Positions 35,588 through 48,178 of a stretch of DNA of 64,000 nucleotides are shown piece by piece; position 1 is the stretch's first letter, and each line of letters opens with the position of its first letter. A model generated the notes under the pieces. It saw only the letters and a list, made by a program, of their open reading frames with translations, had not been told where the DNA came from and did not search any database. Made by a program: the position numbers and the translations under genes. Source of the DNA: Anthoceros angustus (taxonomy: Eukaryota; Plantae; Anthocerotophyta); contig MU008170.1 of assembly GCA_010909165.1 (NCBI GenBank), positions 682,001-746,000 on the forward strand, given 5' to 3'.

Positions 35588-37560
35588 CTATCCAACACAA
35601 CATCGGCGTTTACGAGGAGGCGTGGGGTCCTCGAAGTTGTCGTTCTCCTGCATGGCATTCTCCACATCTAAAAGACCAGGAGGACTGCTTTGTTGTAGTC
35701 TGGATGCCACCGCTCGAGTTCTGCCGTCATCAAGGATTTGCCCGTTTTCTCTTTCATCTGTTGAACCCCAAAGTACGACACAGCTTGCAGTGACCCTTCT
35801 CGGACAAGCTTAATTCCTTTGCCAGGTGGGCGGTCCTCGTCGGTGTGGCTCATGATTCAATTCCTCCTCAGCGTTTGGAAGTACCTCATATCCATGTATC
35901 CTTTGGGGAATGAATTCCGCACATCGTTTGTCCAAGTCCACGGCGATGCAATTGCGGATAGCATTTGCTAGTGTCGTCGTCACTTCACTGCGCATCTAAT
36001 ATCCAATCTCCTTCTTGGAGAAGTTGTTGATCATCTTACGCATCAACCCTAGTGGCCTATGATAAGCACATACCACGAGCTTGTCCAATGACATATAAAG
36101 AAGCTTCTTGGCAGGTGTTGTGCCCAATGACCGACCATTGTTGAGCGAGCCAAGGGCGGTGTTAGGTAACATTGAAACCTTGTTCTTCTTCTATGGTTAC
36201 CCCCACCCTACCGTGATGTACTCGGCGGTATCATATCCACCTTGATCATTATGCATGTTAGTTTTGTCCCACGAAGGAGACCATCCCTCCACGGTGCACC
36301 ATCGCAGCCTCCCTCACAAGCAGTGCGCCTTCCACCCCATGCATAACTATCATGCGATTTCCTCACAACTCGTCATGTCATGGAAAGAGTGAAACATCGT
36401 GCCCATCCGTGTTTGGTCCATCTTTACATCATGCTTTCCTTTGTTGAATCCCCTGGGCACATCCATAACCAATAAAGTGTAATTCCTCTTCGTAAAAAAC
36501 CTCGTATGTCCAACACATCTCTCGCAACCACTTGGTATTTCACGATACACTTCGTCGTTGGAACAGTGAACGACTGCAGGCCTTCTTCCATGTCCATGTC
36601 AGCTAGGGTCCTTTGTTCGTTCTCCAGACCCTTCCATGTGTGCACTTCCAGTATGAAAGCCTGGAAATCCTCTGGTAGTTTTTTCAAATCTTGCACATCT
36701 TTCACTTGCCGCACAGTCACGTCGGTCGATTGAAAACATTAGTGACAAGTGAGGTAGGGCGGCATGCGGTAGCCTTCCCCACGCCACGCATTAAGCAGCA
36801 AATGATGGGGAGGCGCCGGCATGCGGTGCCCATCCTCAATAGTCTTAAAACAAATGAAATGTACCTTTCCATTGAACTGTTTGAAACCGTGCAATAACAT
36901 CATCCGAAGAGTGCATAGGGTATTCCTGCCTAACCATCTCGAAGAAGTCACATCCTAAATGTTTCGCCATCGCCACTTGGATGACATGAAGTTTCTTCCG
37001 CAGTATCACCTCCTTGGACATACCATTCAGGTCCAGTAAACCTGTCAAAACCTTTTCCGTCACACTAATCAGCATTTTCTGACCCGTCTCTCCTGGTGGA
37101 ATTCCTTGGAAAATGTTCTCTCACTCTGTCCATCACAAGCAGCAAGCACACTGTTAGACTGCAACACTACATCCAAGGATGATGGAGAATGCACTGTAAG
37201 CAAGATGTATACTCACATTCTCAGCTCTGAACGCTTCTCGAAAAGTGCTGGACAACTCCTTCGGTTCACATTTCTTCCTGTGCAGACAGGCCACTTTCAA
37301 CAAACACACAGTATAGTCATCTGACGATGCCGGCAATGTGTCCACTTCATGAGGCCTTGAAGTGCAGAATCCTGATTCACAGGTCTCGCTGCCTCCATCC
37401 AAAGTTGCCCACAGGACCCATCCCCTTGCCTTTGGTTTGCAAGTGCAGATTGAACCCAAAACCCAAAGCTTCAAAGATAGGCGTCCATACCAGTTCTTCT
37501 CCTCTGTTTGTGTCAATAGCCATTCCTACGCGGAAGCATAGTGTCCTCAAGCTGGTTCAT
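35588..37560 (-). pseudogene. Beta-class amino (N4C/N6A) DNA methyltransferase-like gene with N- and C-terminal extensions; frameshifted in this assembly
   Basis: YQVVARDVLDIRG..NYTLLVMDVPRG (motif IV-like, 36452-36463); YHRPLGLMRKMINNFSK (motif X-like); EGDWILDA..TTT (motif I-like, 35991-36014); RNCIAVDLDKRCAEFIPQRI. The order IV..X-I-II is the N6_N4_Mtase beta arrangement. Tail ends PPRKRRCCVG*. Confidence 0.75.
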
Positions 37561-37672
37561 GTGCCTCTGGAAGACCACATGTACACTAACCCTCCCTGGA
37601 CTATTGGTTTGAATGTTTTTTTGTTTTCTTATGTTTTGTGTGATGGAGTGCTTAGGAAATGTCAGGCAAGGC

Positions 37673-37811
37673 CTTTTATACTAAAAATGGTCCTTGGCCC
37701 ATGACAATATTACTTTTACAAATAATTAGTCCTTGGGCCTCGAACATGAATATCGAGGCCGCTAGAAGGTCCTTGGACCTTGGGATTTTAGGAATAAAAT
37801 TGTCTATATAA
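37673..37811. promoter_or_regulatory. Putative divergent promoter with opposed TATA boxes
   Basis: TATAAAAG on the minus strand at 37673-37680, ~120 bp upstream of the MTase ATG; CTATATAA on the plus strand at 37804-37811, upstream of ATG 37831. Confidence 0.4.
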
Positions 37812-37830
37812 GGTGGGGATCCTTCATTCA

Positions 37831-38312
37831 ATGAGGCCGGGAAGAAGTGGAGCGGCACCTCTGGAGAAGTTCGGGAAGCTAGCGGAGAGGTATAAGCGGA
37901 GAGAGGTGAGGCTAGGGCCGGGGTCAAGGGAGGCGAGCAAGCGAAGAAGGGTAGAGCAACGACCACCACGGGTGGCGGAACCACCACGGGTGGCGGAACC
38001 ACCACGGTGGTGGAGCCGCCATCGTCGCGGAAGAAGGACCCAAGGTGGGGAAGCCACCACGGTGGTGGAGCCGGCCATCGTCGCGGAAGAAGGACCCAAG
38101 GTGGGGAAGCCACCGTCGAGCGTAGGAGGATGCAACTCCCTCGAGTTCGAGCGGCCGGCCAGGATTGTCCACGGAGCCGGGCATACCCTTCACGGGTTGT
38201 GCTCGAGGAAATGAGCAAGGCGGAGGCTAGAGCATGGACGAAGGAGCGCCGCAGTTTGGCTGTCAGCGATGAGGCGAGAAGCGTCTTGCGCGAGGCGATG
38301 GGCGCCTCCTAG
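37831..38312 (+). other. Small cargo ORF-like region of unknown function (TTVVEP repeats); coding strand uncertain; second copy ~40660-41125
   Basis: MRPGRSGAAPLEKFGKLAERYKRR..TTVVEPAIVAEEGPKVGEAT..VLEEMSKAEARAWTKERRSLAVSDEARSVLREAMGAS*, with frameshifts; the minus strand is also open. Confidence 0.3.
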
Positions 38313-41300
38313 GAGTGAAGGGACCTCGGATAAGCGGGAGTGAGGTGGAGATATTAAGGGAGGATCTTTGGATCGGGCGTGGTAGGAGGCGGGGAACACC
38401 CATGGGCCGGGCTAGGCGGCCACCAGCGGAGGCGCGATTTTAGAGGGCGGCATCAGGTCGCTTTCACTTGGATTAGAGGATAAGGTGCTAGGAAGCTTGT
38501 GAATTTGTAGATACCAGAATTGGTAGGCGCTTGTGGTAAGTTAGCCATCTTTAAACCTTTGGAGGTAGGTTAGCCATCTTTAGACCTTTGGGAAAGTGAG
38601 CTATGGCGCTGCGACGGATGTATAAGAGACCCTTGAGTGTCTCTCTTAGACAATTTGGTGTGAGCTCCGTGTGAATTTGTGCGCGTGGTTGGTTGGAGAC
38701 ATCCGATCGATGATGGGCTGATTCGGTGTCTTGTCCTCTCGTCACAAGAGGGGAGATCCTGGATGGTCGAGTGAGTGACCAAGCTCACGTGCAGGGTGAC
38801 TAGTGGTGAAGGTGCTCAATGCATGCGGGAGGAAATTCCAGAGGGCCGGTGAGATCGCTGTGGAGCCGACCACTGTTTTCCTTTCCCAACCCATGTCTAA
38901 CAGTTGTGTCTAATCCCAAGGGAGGGTCTGTGTGGCCCAAGGAGGGTCATGTGGCCCAAGAGAGGTGCATGTGTGGCACAGGAGGGTCATGTGGCCCAAG
39001 GAGGTGCAATGTGGCCCAAGAGGGAGTGCAGCTGGGAGGTGTGGCCCAATGTGGCGAGGAGGATCTGTGGAACATCTTGTCGGTGGTGGTGTATGAGGTC
39101 CTGGAAGAAAGGGGTGAGTGAGTCGTTGTGTGAAGTCTAGGAAGTGGTGGCGAGAGTGGAAAATGCGGAGCCGAGGAAGGTTGGGAATAAATTGTGGGGT
39201 CGAGGAGGAAATTAGGCGGAGTGAGGTGCCGCGTGCGTGGCCATGGTGTACATCCACCGGTGAGCTGGGTGTGAATCCACAGGCACATCCATAACCAATA
39301 AAGTGTAATTCCTCTTCGTAAAAACCTCGGATGTCCAACACATCTCTCGCTACCACTTGGTATTTCACGATACACTCGTTGGAGCGATGAGCATTGCAGG
39401 CCTTCTTCCATGTCCATGTCGCTAGGGTCCTTTGTTCGTTCTCCGGACCCTTCCATGTGTGCACTTCCGATGAAAGCACGGAAATCCTCGTAGTTTTTCA
39501 AATCCTGCACATCTTTCACTTGCCGCACACGTCACCCGTCAGGTCAGTGCTCAAAAACGATGTGACAATGGTAGGAGTGGGAAGGCGCGGCATGCCGGCC
39601 TTCCCCTACGTAACAAGCGAAATGATGGGGAGGCGGCATGCGGTGCCCATCCCCACTCCTATTAGTTTTAAAACAAATGAAATGTACCTTTCCATTGAAC
39701 GCTGTTTGAAACCGTGCAATAACATCATCCGAAGAGTGCATAGGGTATTCCTGCCTAACCATCTCGAAGAAGTCACATCCTAAATGTTTCGCCATCGCCA
39801 CTTGGATGACATGAAGTTTCTTCCGCAGTATCACCTCCTTGGACATACCATTCAGGTCCAGTAAACCTGTCAAAACCTTTTCACACTAATCAGCATTTTC
39901 ACCGTCTCCGGTGGAATTCCTTGGAAAATGTTCTCTCACCTGCATCCATCTGACAAGCACCGTTAGATCGCAACACTACATCCAAGGATGATGGAGAATG
40001 CAATCGTAAGCAAGATGTATACTCACATTCTCGCCTCGAACGCTTCTCGAAAAGTGCGGACAACTCCTTCGGTTCACATTTCTTCCTGCGCATGTGCCAC
40101 TTTCAACAAACACATAGTCATCGGCGATGCGGCAATGTGTCCACTTCATGAGGCCTTGAAGTGCACAGAATCCGCAGTTCTGGGTCTCGCTGCCCTCCAT
40201 CCAAAGTTGCCCACAGGACCCATCCTGCCCTTGCCCTTTGGTTTGCAAGTGCACCGTTGAACCCAAAAACCCAAAGCTTCAGCATAGGCGTCCATACCAC
40301 AGTTTCTTCATCCGGCTCCTCTGTTTGTGTCAATAGCCATTCCTGCTGCAGAAGCATAGTGTCCTCAAGCTGGTTCATGTGCCTCTGTGGAAGACCACAT
40401 GTACACTAACCCTCCCCTGGACTATTGGTTTGAATGTTTTTTTTTGTTTTTCTTATGTTTTGTGTGATGGAGTGCTTAGGAAATGTCCGAGGCAAGGCCT
40501 TTTATACTAAAATGGTCCTTGGCCCATGACAATATTACTTTTACAAATAATTAGTCCTTGGGCCTCGAACACATGAATATCGAGGCCGCTAGAAGGTCCT
40601 TGGACCTTGGGATTTTAGGAATAAAATTGTCTATATAAGGTGGGGATCCTTCATTCGACAGGGGCCCAGGAAGAAGTGGAGACGCTGGCACCTCTGGAGA
40701 AGTTCAGGAAGCTAGCGGAGAGGTATAAGCGGGAGAGAGGTGAGGCTAGGGCCAGGGTCAAGAGGCGAGCAAGCGAAGAAGGGTAGAGCACACCACGGTG
40801 GTGGAGCCACCACCGTCATGAAGCCACCACGGTGGTGGAGCCAGCCACTGTCGCGGCAGCCACCACGGTGGTGGAGCCGGCCATCGTCGCGGAAGAAGGA
40901 CCCAAGGTGGGGGAAGCCACCGTCAGGAGCGCTGTAGGAGGGGATGCAACTCCCTCGAGTTCGAGCGGCCGGCCAGGATTGTCCACGGAGCCGGCATACC
41001 CTTCACGGGTTGTGCTCGAGGAAATGAGCAAGGCGGAGGCTAGAGCATGGACGAAGAGCGCCGCAGTTTGGCTGTCAGCGATGAGGCGAGAAGCGTCTTG
41101 CGCGAGGCGATGGGCGCCTCCTAGGAGGAGTGAAGGGACCTCGGATAAGCGGGAGTGAGGTGGAGATATTAAGGGAGGATCTTTCGGATCGGGCGTGGTA
41201 GGAGGCGGGGAACACCCATGGGCCGAGGCTAGGCGGCCACCAGCGGAGGCGCGATTTTAGAGGGAGCGCATCATAGGTCGAGGCTTTCACTTGGATTAGA

Positions 41301-42306
41301 GGATAAGGTGCTAGGAAGCTTGTGAATTTGTAGATACCGAATTGGTAGGCGCGCTTGTGGTAAGTTAGCCATCTTTAAACCTTTGGAGGTAGGTTAGCCA
41401 TCTTTAGACCTTTGGGAAAGTGAGCTATGGCGCTGACGGATGTATAAGAGACCCTTGAGTGTCTCTCTTAACAGACAATTTCAGGTGTGAGCTCCCGTGT
41501 GTCGAATTTGTGCGCGTGGTTGGTTGGAGACATCCGATCGATGACGGGCTGATTCGGTGTGCTGTCCTCTCGTCACAAGAGGGCCGGGGAGATCCCTGGA
41601 TGGTCGAGAGCTGAGTGACCAAGCTCCGCGTCTGGGGTGACTAGTGGTGAAGGGTGCTCAATGCATGCCAGGAGAGGGAAATTCCCGCAGGGGACCGGGG
41701 TGAGATCGCGGGTGTGCGAATCGCCTGTGGAGCCGACCAGCTGTTTTTTTCCTTTCCCAACCCGCTGTCTAACCAGATTGTGTCTAATCCCAAGGGGGTC
41801 TGTGTGGCCCAAGGAGGGGTCTGTGTGGCCCAAGGTGAGGTCTGTGTGGCCTGAGGAGGGGTCTGTGTGGCCCAAGGAGGTCTGTGGCCCAAGGAGGGGT
41901 CTGTGTGTGGCTGCGGCCCAAGAGAGGTCATGTGGCACAGAGGAGGATCTGTGGGAACATCTTGTGCGGTGGTGTGAGGTCCTGGAAGAAAGGGGTGAGT
42001 GAGTCGTTGTGTGAAGAGGAGTCTAGGAAGTGGTGGCGCGAGGAGTGCAGGCGAGCCGAGGAAGGTTGGGAATAAATTGTGGGGTCGAGGAAATTAGCGG
42101 CGGAGTGAGGTGCCGCGTGCGTGGCCATGGTGTACATCCACCGGTGAGCTCGGTGTGAATCCACATGAGTGTGACTTGGTGTACATGTGAACTGCGGTGC
42201 ATAGGACCATAACCCTTAGCAGGCGTGGCGGGGGCCGGGCGCCAAATAGTCGATCGCGGCAGCGTCGCCCGGAGTGGGTCCCACCACGTTGGTTGAACTG
42301 AACTCA

Positions 42307-42886
42307 CCGCGGTGGCGGAACCCTGCAGCGGTGGCGAACCCCACCGGAACCCTGCAGCGGTGGCGGAACCCACCACAGCGGTGGCGGAACCCACACGGCG
42401 GTGGCGGAACCACCACGGTGGCGGAACCCTGCAGCGGTGGCGGAACCCACCAGCGGTGGCGGAACCCACCACAGCGGTGGCGGAACCCCACGCGGTGGCG
42501 AACCCACCAGCGGTGGCGGAACCCACTACGGCGGTGGCGGAACCCACCACGCAGCGGTGGCGGAACCTGCACGGCGGTGGCGGAACCCTACGGCGGTGGC
42601 GGAACCCTGCAGCGGTGGCGGAACCCCACGGCGGTGGCGGAACCCACCACGCAGCGGTGGCGGAACCCACCACGGCGGTGGCGGAACCCACCACGCAGCG
42701 GTGGCGGAACCCACCACGGCGGAACCACCACGGTGGCGGAACCCCACCGGCGGTGGCGGAACCCCACGGCGGTGGCGGAACCCTGCAGCGGTGGCGGAAC
42801 CCTGCAGCGGTGGCGAACCCTGCAGCGGTGGCGGAACCCACAGCGGTGGCGGAACCCTGCAGCGGTGGCGGAACCCTGCAGCGTGG
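42307..42886. repeat. 18-21 bp GC-rich quasi-palindromic array, copy 1
   Basis: (GCGGTGGCGGAACCCACCAC[G] / GCGGTGGCGGAACCCTGCA)n. Confidence 0.95.
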
Positions 42887-44544
42887 TCGAACTTCGCCAT
42901 GGTCGTGGGCTCCCAGCAGTAGTTGATTATGTTGTAGGAGGAGGACTAGAATCCATAGTTTTGGAACATCTTGACACAAAACCATTCCCTTGGGATCGAA
43001 TCCTAGGACTATAACGACATAGAGGGTAAATGTGGCCTCTTTTGTCTTGGATGCAAAACCCATTCCGACCTCACATTGCATTGCATTCTCTCATCACAGT
43101 ATGGGAGGGAATTGGATATGGATTTCCACCCTCAATGCTTTGGACAAGCGGACTTCTCTCCACCACCATTCGCCTTTGTGGTGCTTGCCTTGGCAGGGTG
43201 AGTGACCCGAGACTTTGTCGCCTTCCGTTCCCCTCCACGTGCTCAAGTGGTTGGAAAGCATGGCCGGCCAGGCGAGGACCGGCATCGGGCGTGGAGGATC
43301 TGTGGTTATTGATTTCGCCTCCTTCTTCTAGCTTTCTTCGCCTCGCGGCTTCTCAACAAGTCTCTGTGGTTTGGCCACGCGCATCGTGAGGTCAGTCTTA
43401 CTGCGGCGTCCGGCTCGCCATCGTCTGCGGGCAACATGGGGATCAAACACGCTAATGCGGATTAGGGCAAGCACCAATTCCATTGCAACCAAGGGATTCC
43501 TCACGCAGCCGTGAATGCGATGGATGGAGGCTGGTGGCGGTCTCTCACGCCAAATTCACAAAAACCACGCGCGGCCTCGCAGATCGCAGAGATGCTCGCG
43601 TTGGAAGAGCTTGCGTTCGCCCATTGTTAACTTTCGATTTGGGTTGAACAAGGACTTCAACTCGGTTCGGGTTTTAAGGAGCCGACATCAAACCCTAATT
43701 TCGATGCATGTAACCATGTATAGCAGGTCCAGTTATTGTCCTTATCGTGTATGGAGGAACATGGACTGGAATATGTGGGTGTCGCGTTTTGTTGCATTAA
43801 ACCACGTATGGTTGAACCGTGATGGGTATACCAGTACGGTTCGGCGTTCGCGATGTCGCGCACTATCCATTCCAGCTCGGTTTGCAGGCACTTTGACTCA
43901 ACTACATTTGTTTATGTATCTTTGCATGCGAGCAAGCCTAATATGAAATGGGTGTGTAAGAATGCGTTTCATAACGTTCCGTGCACCCTTATTTTCCAGC
44001 CGCTATTGATGGCTTCCGCCATTTAGTTTAACCTATGGCATCGCTTCACGGTGGCGGATAGTAGCATAATAGCACCGGGCCCTCCATTACTTGAAATCTA
44101 TTTAGGATTTGGCAATCAAGTGTTTTGTCTCTCAACGGCTTCCCGCCTCCTCCGAGGTCAAGTCATGTACCACAAGACCACGGCTTTTATCAGCACTTGA
44201 CGTGGAGGTTGTAGCGCGGATGTATAAGAGACCCTTGAGTGTCTCTCTTCAATTTGAGTGTAAGCTCCGTGTGTCGAATTTGTGCGTGGTTGGTTGGAGA
44301 CATCCGATCGATGATGGGCTGATTCGGTGTCTTTGTCCTCTCGTCACAAGAGGGCCGGGAGATCCTGGATGGTCGAGAGCCGAGTGACCAAGCTCCGTCT
44401 GGGGTGACTAGTGGTGAAGGGTGCTCAATGCATGCCAGAGAGGGAAATTTCAGGGACCGGGGTGAGATCGCGGGTGTCTGAATCGCTGTGGAGCCGACCA
44501 TTGTTTTCCTTTCCCAACCATTGTCTAACAGTTGTGTCTAATCC

Positions 44545-44690
44545 CAAGGAGGTCATGTGGCCCAAGGAGGGTGCATGTGGCCCAAGAGGTCTGTGGCCCA
44601 AGGAGGTGCATGTGGCCCAAGGAGGGGTCTGTGGCCCAAGAGAGGTCTGTGTGGCTGCGGAGGTGCATGTGGCCCAAGAGAGGTCTGTGG
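44545..44690. repeat. ~21-bp array AAGGAGGGGTCTGTGTGGCCC (also ~38930-39050 and ~41800-41940)
   Basis: Repeated gtggcccaaggagg units read directly. Confidence 0.85.
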
Positions 44691-44778
44691 CTCGAGAGAG
44701 GAGGATCTGGGAACATCTTGTGCGGTGGTGTGAGGTCCTGGAAGAAAGGGGTGAGTGAGTCGTTGTGTGAAGAGGAGT

Positions 44779-46216
44779 CTAGGAAGTGGTGGCGCGAGAG
44801 TGGAAAATGCGGAGCCGAGGAAGGTTGGGAATAAATTGTGGGGTCGAGGAGGAAATTAGCGGCGGAGTGAGGTGCCGCGTGCGTGGCCATGGTGTACATC
44901 CACCGGTGAGCTCGGGTGTGAATCCACATGAGTGTGACTTGGTGTACATGTGAACTGCGGTGCATAGGACCATAACCCTTAGCAGGCGTGGCGGGGGCCG
45001 GGCGCCAAATAGTCGATCGCGGCAGCGTGCGGCCAGGTGGGTCCCACCACGGTGGCTGAACCAGCCACGCGGTGGCGAACCCACCACGCAGCGGTGGCGG
45101 AACCCACCGCGGCGGTGGCGGAACCCTGCAGCGGTGGCGGAACCCACCAGCGGTGGCGGAACCCACCAGCGGTGGCGGAACCACCACCGGTGGCGAACCC
45201 ACCACGCAGCGGTGGCGGAACCCACCAGCGGTGGCGGAACCCACCACAGCGGTGGCGAACCCTGCCACGGTGGCGGAACCCTGCAGCGGTGGCGGAACCC
45301 TACGCGGTGGCGGAACCCTGCAGCGGCGGAACCCACCAGCGGTGGCGGAACCCCACGGCGGTGGCGGAACCCACCAGCGGTGGCGGAATCCACCACGGCG
45401 GTGGCGAACCCACCAGCGGTGGCGGAACCCCACGGTGGCGGAACCCACCACGCGGTGGCGGAACCCACCACGTGGCGGAACCCTGCAGTGGCGGAACCCA
45501 CCACGGTGGCGGAACCCACCACGGCGGTGGCGGAACCCACCACGGTGGCGGAACCCCACGGTGGCGGAACCCTGCAGCGGTGGCGGAACCCACCACGGCG
45601 GTGGCGGAACCCACCACGGCGGTGGCGGAACCCACCGGCGGTGGTCGAACTTACCATGGTCGTGGGCTGCCGCGTAGTTGATTATGGTCGGGTAGGAACC
45701 CGGTTGTAGGAGGACTAGAATCCATAGTTTTGGAACATCTTGACACAAAACCATTCCCTTGGGATCGAATCCTAGGACTATAACGACATAGAGGGTAAAT
45801 GTGGCCTCTTTGCGTCTTCGGATGCAAAAACCCATTCCACAGCCTCCGCAGCTGCATTGTCTCTCATACGAGTATGGGGAGGGAATTGGATATGGATTTC
45901 CCACCCTCAATGCTTTGGACAAGCCAGACTTCTCTCCACCGTCTACCGCTGCCTTTGTGGTGCTTGCCTTCGCAGAATTGAGTGACCCAGACTTTGTCTG
46001 CCCCCTTCCCGTTCCCCCTCCACCGTGCTCAAGTGGTTGGAAAGCATGGCCAGCCCCAGAGGCAGAGACCGGCATCTGGCGTGGAGGATCTGTGGTTGTT
46101 GATTTCGCCTCCTTCTTGCTTCTAGCTTTCTTCTGCCTCCGCGGCTTCTCCAACAAGTCTCCAGGGTTTGGCCCTGCATCAGGGAGGTCCGTCTTACTGC
46201 GGCGTCCGCTCGCCAT
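44779..46216 (-). CDS. Putative spliced cargo gene of unknown function; the repeat array lies in its predicted intron
   Basis: 5'UTR intron CAG|GTGAGG..GCTGCAG| followed by ACGATGG start at 46216; ~187-aa exon MASGRRSK..IINYAAAHDH; donor G|GTAAGT at 45654, acceptor CCGCAG| at 44955; exon 2 VHMYTKSHSCGF..RATTS*. Confidence 0.45.
45068..45645. repeat. 18-21 bp GC-rich quasi-palindromic array, copy 2
   Basis: Same unit as 42307-42886. Confidence 0.95.
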
Positions 46217-48178
46217 CGTCTGCAGCAGGCAACATGGGGATCAAACACGCTCAATCTGGATTAGGCAAGCACCAATTCCATTGCAACCAAGGGATTCCTC
46301 ACCTGTTCGTCGTCTGGAATGGATGGAGAGCTGGCTGGCGAGGGTCTCTCACGCCAAATTCACTGAAAAACCACGCGGCCTCGCTTGAATCGCAGATGCT
46401 CCGCGTTGGAAGAGCTTGCGTTACGCCCGCTGTTGGCAACTCGGACTGGGTTGAACAAGGACTTCAACTCCGGTTCGGGTTTTTAAGGAGCTGACATCAA
46501 ACCCTAATTTCAGTACAGTCCGTAACAAACGCGCTGTAACGAGGTCCGAGTTATTGTCCTTATCAGCTATGTATGGAGGAACATGGACTGGAATATGTGG
46601 TCGGTGCGTTTCGATGTTGCATTAAACCATACGTATGGTTCGAACCGTATTCTGGGTATACCCAGAATACGGTTCGACACACCCGCGCGTTCGCGATGTC
46701 CTTCGCACTATCCATTCCAGCTCAGTTTGCAAGGCACTTTGACTCAACTACCTGTTTGTTTATGTATGCTGCATGCAGGCAAGCCTAATATGAAAATGGG
46801 TGTGTAAGAATGCGTTTTCATAACGTTCCAGACACCCTTATTTTCCAGCCGCTGCTATTGATGGCTTCCGGCCATTTAGTTTAACCCTATGGCATCTGGC
46901 TTATGCGGCTGGCAGCATAGTAGCATAATAGCACCGGGCCCCCCTCCATTACTTCGAAATCTATTTAGGATTTGGCAATCAAGTGTTTTGTCTCTCAACG
47001 GCTTCCCGCCTCCTCCGAGGTCAAGTCATGTACCACACAGCACCAGCTTTTATCACACTTGACGGGAGGTTGTAGCCGTGGATAACCTTCGAGCTACGAG
47101 TCCAACACAATGCTCCAGTTCACACACTCCGAAGACGCGGGCGATGTGATGCTTCTATATTCTGTGCCATTTCATTTCTTGACCAATACCAACGATTGCA
47201 ATGTCATTGACAAATCAGATGCAGGTCCGTGGACCAAGATTTGGGCAAAATCAAGATGTTTCACAGTTCCAAAGAGTACCTGATCCCCGTAAACAGAGTG
47301 AAAGGCAAGCGCGGTGGCCCCTCCGTCTCGCCAGGCAGTTTCAAAGTCCTTGCCGCTATCTCTGCCACAAAGTATGGATTCTTTGTCACTAGCTGAGTCG
47401 TCGGAGCTGTCGTCTTCGCCCCCGTCATACTCATTGACATAGGTTTGTGTTGGTGGCTCTGATCCCAGGATGTTCGTGTTGCAGGTCCAGGGTGGAGAAG
47501 AACTCACACACAGTCCCGTATGCCCAGCTATGTTCCCCCGACTTCCAGGAACCTAAACCTCTACTCTGCCATAGATAGAAGCCCGTCTGGAAGGAGGAAA
47601 GTAGGTGTCGGTGCGGTTGGATCAGAAGCGCGCACCGCGAGGGGATTGTTCACTACTATTTCCAGCACTGAAGATGAGGGGACGCCCAATGCAGATGAGG
47701 ATAATTGATGAAATATATCTATTTTAGGGCACTATTCATTAGGCCCACATCACTTAAACATTATTTTATCATCTAGGGCATTAGGTAGTTATCTATTTAG
47801 TTGCTTTAGGTAGTTAGTTGTTAGTAGTTACAACAACTTGGTAGTTACAACAACATATTGTTATAACCACCTAACCACCTCAACCACTTAGCCTATATAA
47901 AGGCTTGTACTTTACTCTTTAATTCATTCGTTGCATTGTACTACTTTGCATCTAAGAGCAAGACGTGATTTTCATCATGGTATCAGAGCATCTTGCTCTC
48001 CACTATGCGTGTGCAGCTTCAAGCATCTAAGGAGCTTATCTAGGAGGCACTTTTCTATCTAGCACCTTGCTAGATGGATTGTGTTCATTCTAGAATTGCT
48101 GCTCTTTTATGTTTTCTTCTCATGCGAATATATCTTTTCTTATAATGCTTTTATGCACTAATTCCTTGTCCCCCCTCC

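Larger units (their letters stand above)
36456..42165. repeat. Head-to-tail duplication D2 (36456-39281 / 39282-42165); second copy has only the MTase N-terminal part up to DVP
   Basis: ggcacatccataaccaataaagtg begins at 36456 and 39282; tgaatcc lies next to both breakpoints. Confidence 0.9.
41438..47080. repeat. Head-to-tail duplication D3 (41438-44217 / 44218-47080), overlapping D2
   Basis: ggatgtataagagacccttgagtg begins at 41438 and 44218; ggat microhomology. Confidence 0.9.

Noticed and set aside
37330-37420. ParB-like motif in the MTase N-terminus (ATLDGGQR in copy 2)
   Set aside because: The two copies disagree in frame and the similarity is only a few residues; needs a profile search.
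35588-37560. DIRS retrotransposon as the MTase carrier
   Set aside because: No RT/RNase H or tyrosine recombinase nearby; the bounding structure is TIR plus 4-bp TSD with a DDD transposase.
47172-47507. Minus-strand 111-aa ORF as a separate gene
   Set aside because: No motifs; the plus strand has splice-like signals and low-complexity coding consistent with upstream transposase exons.
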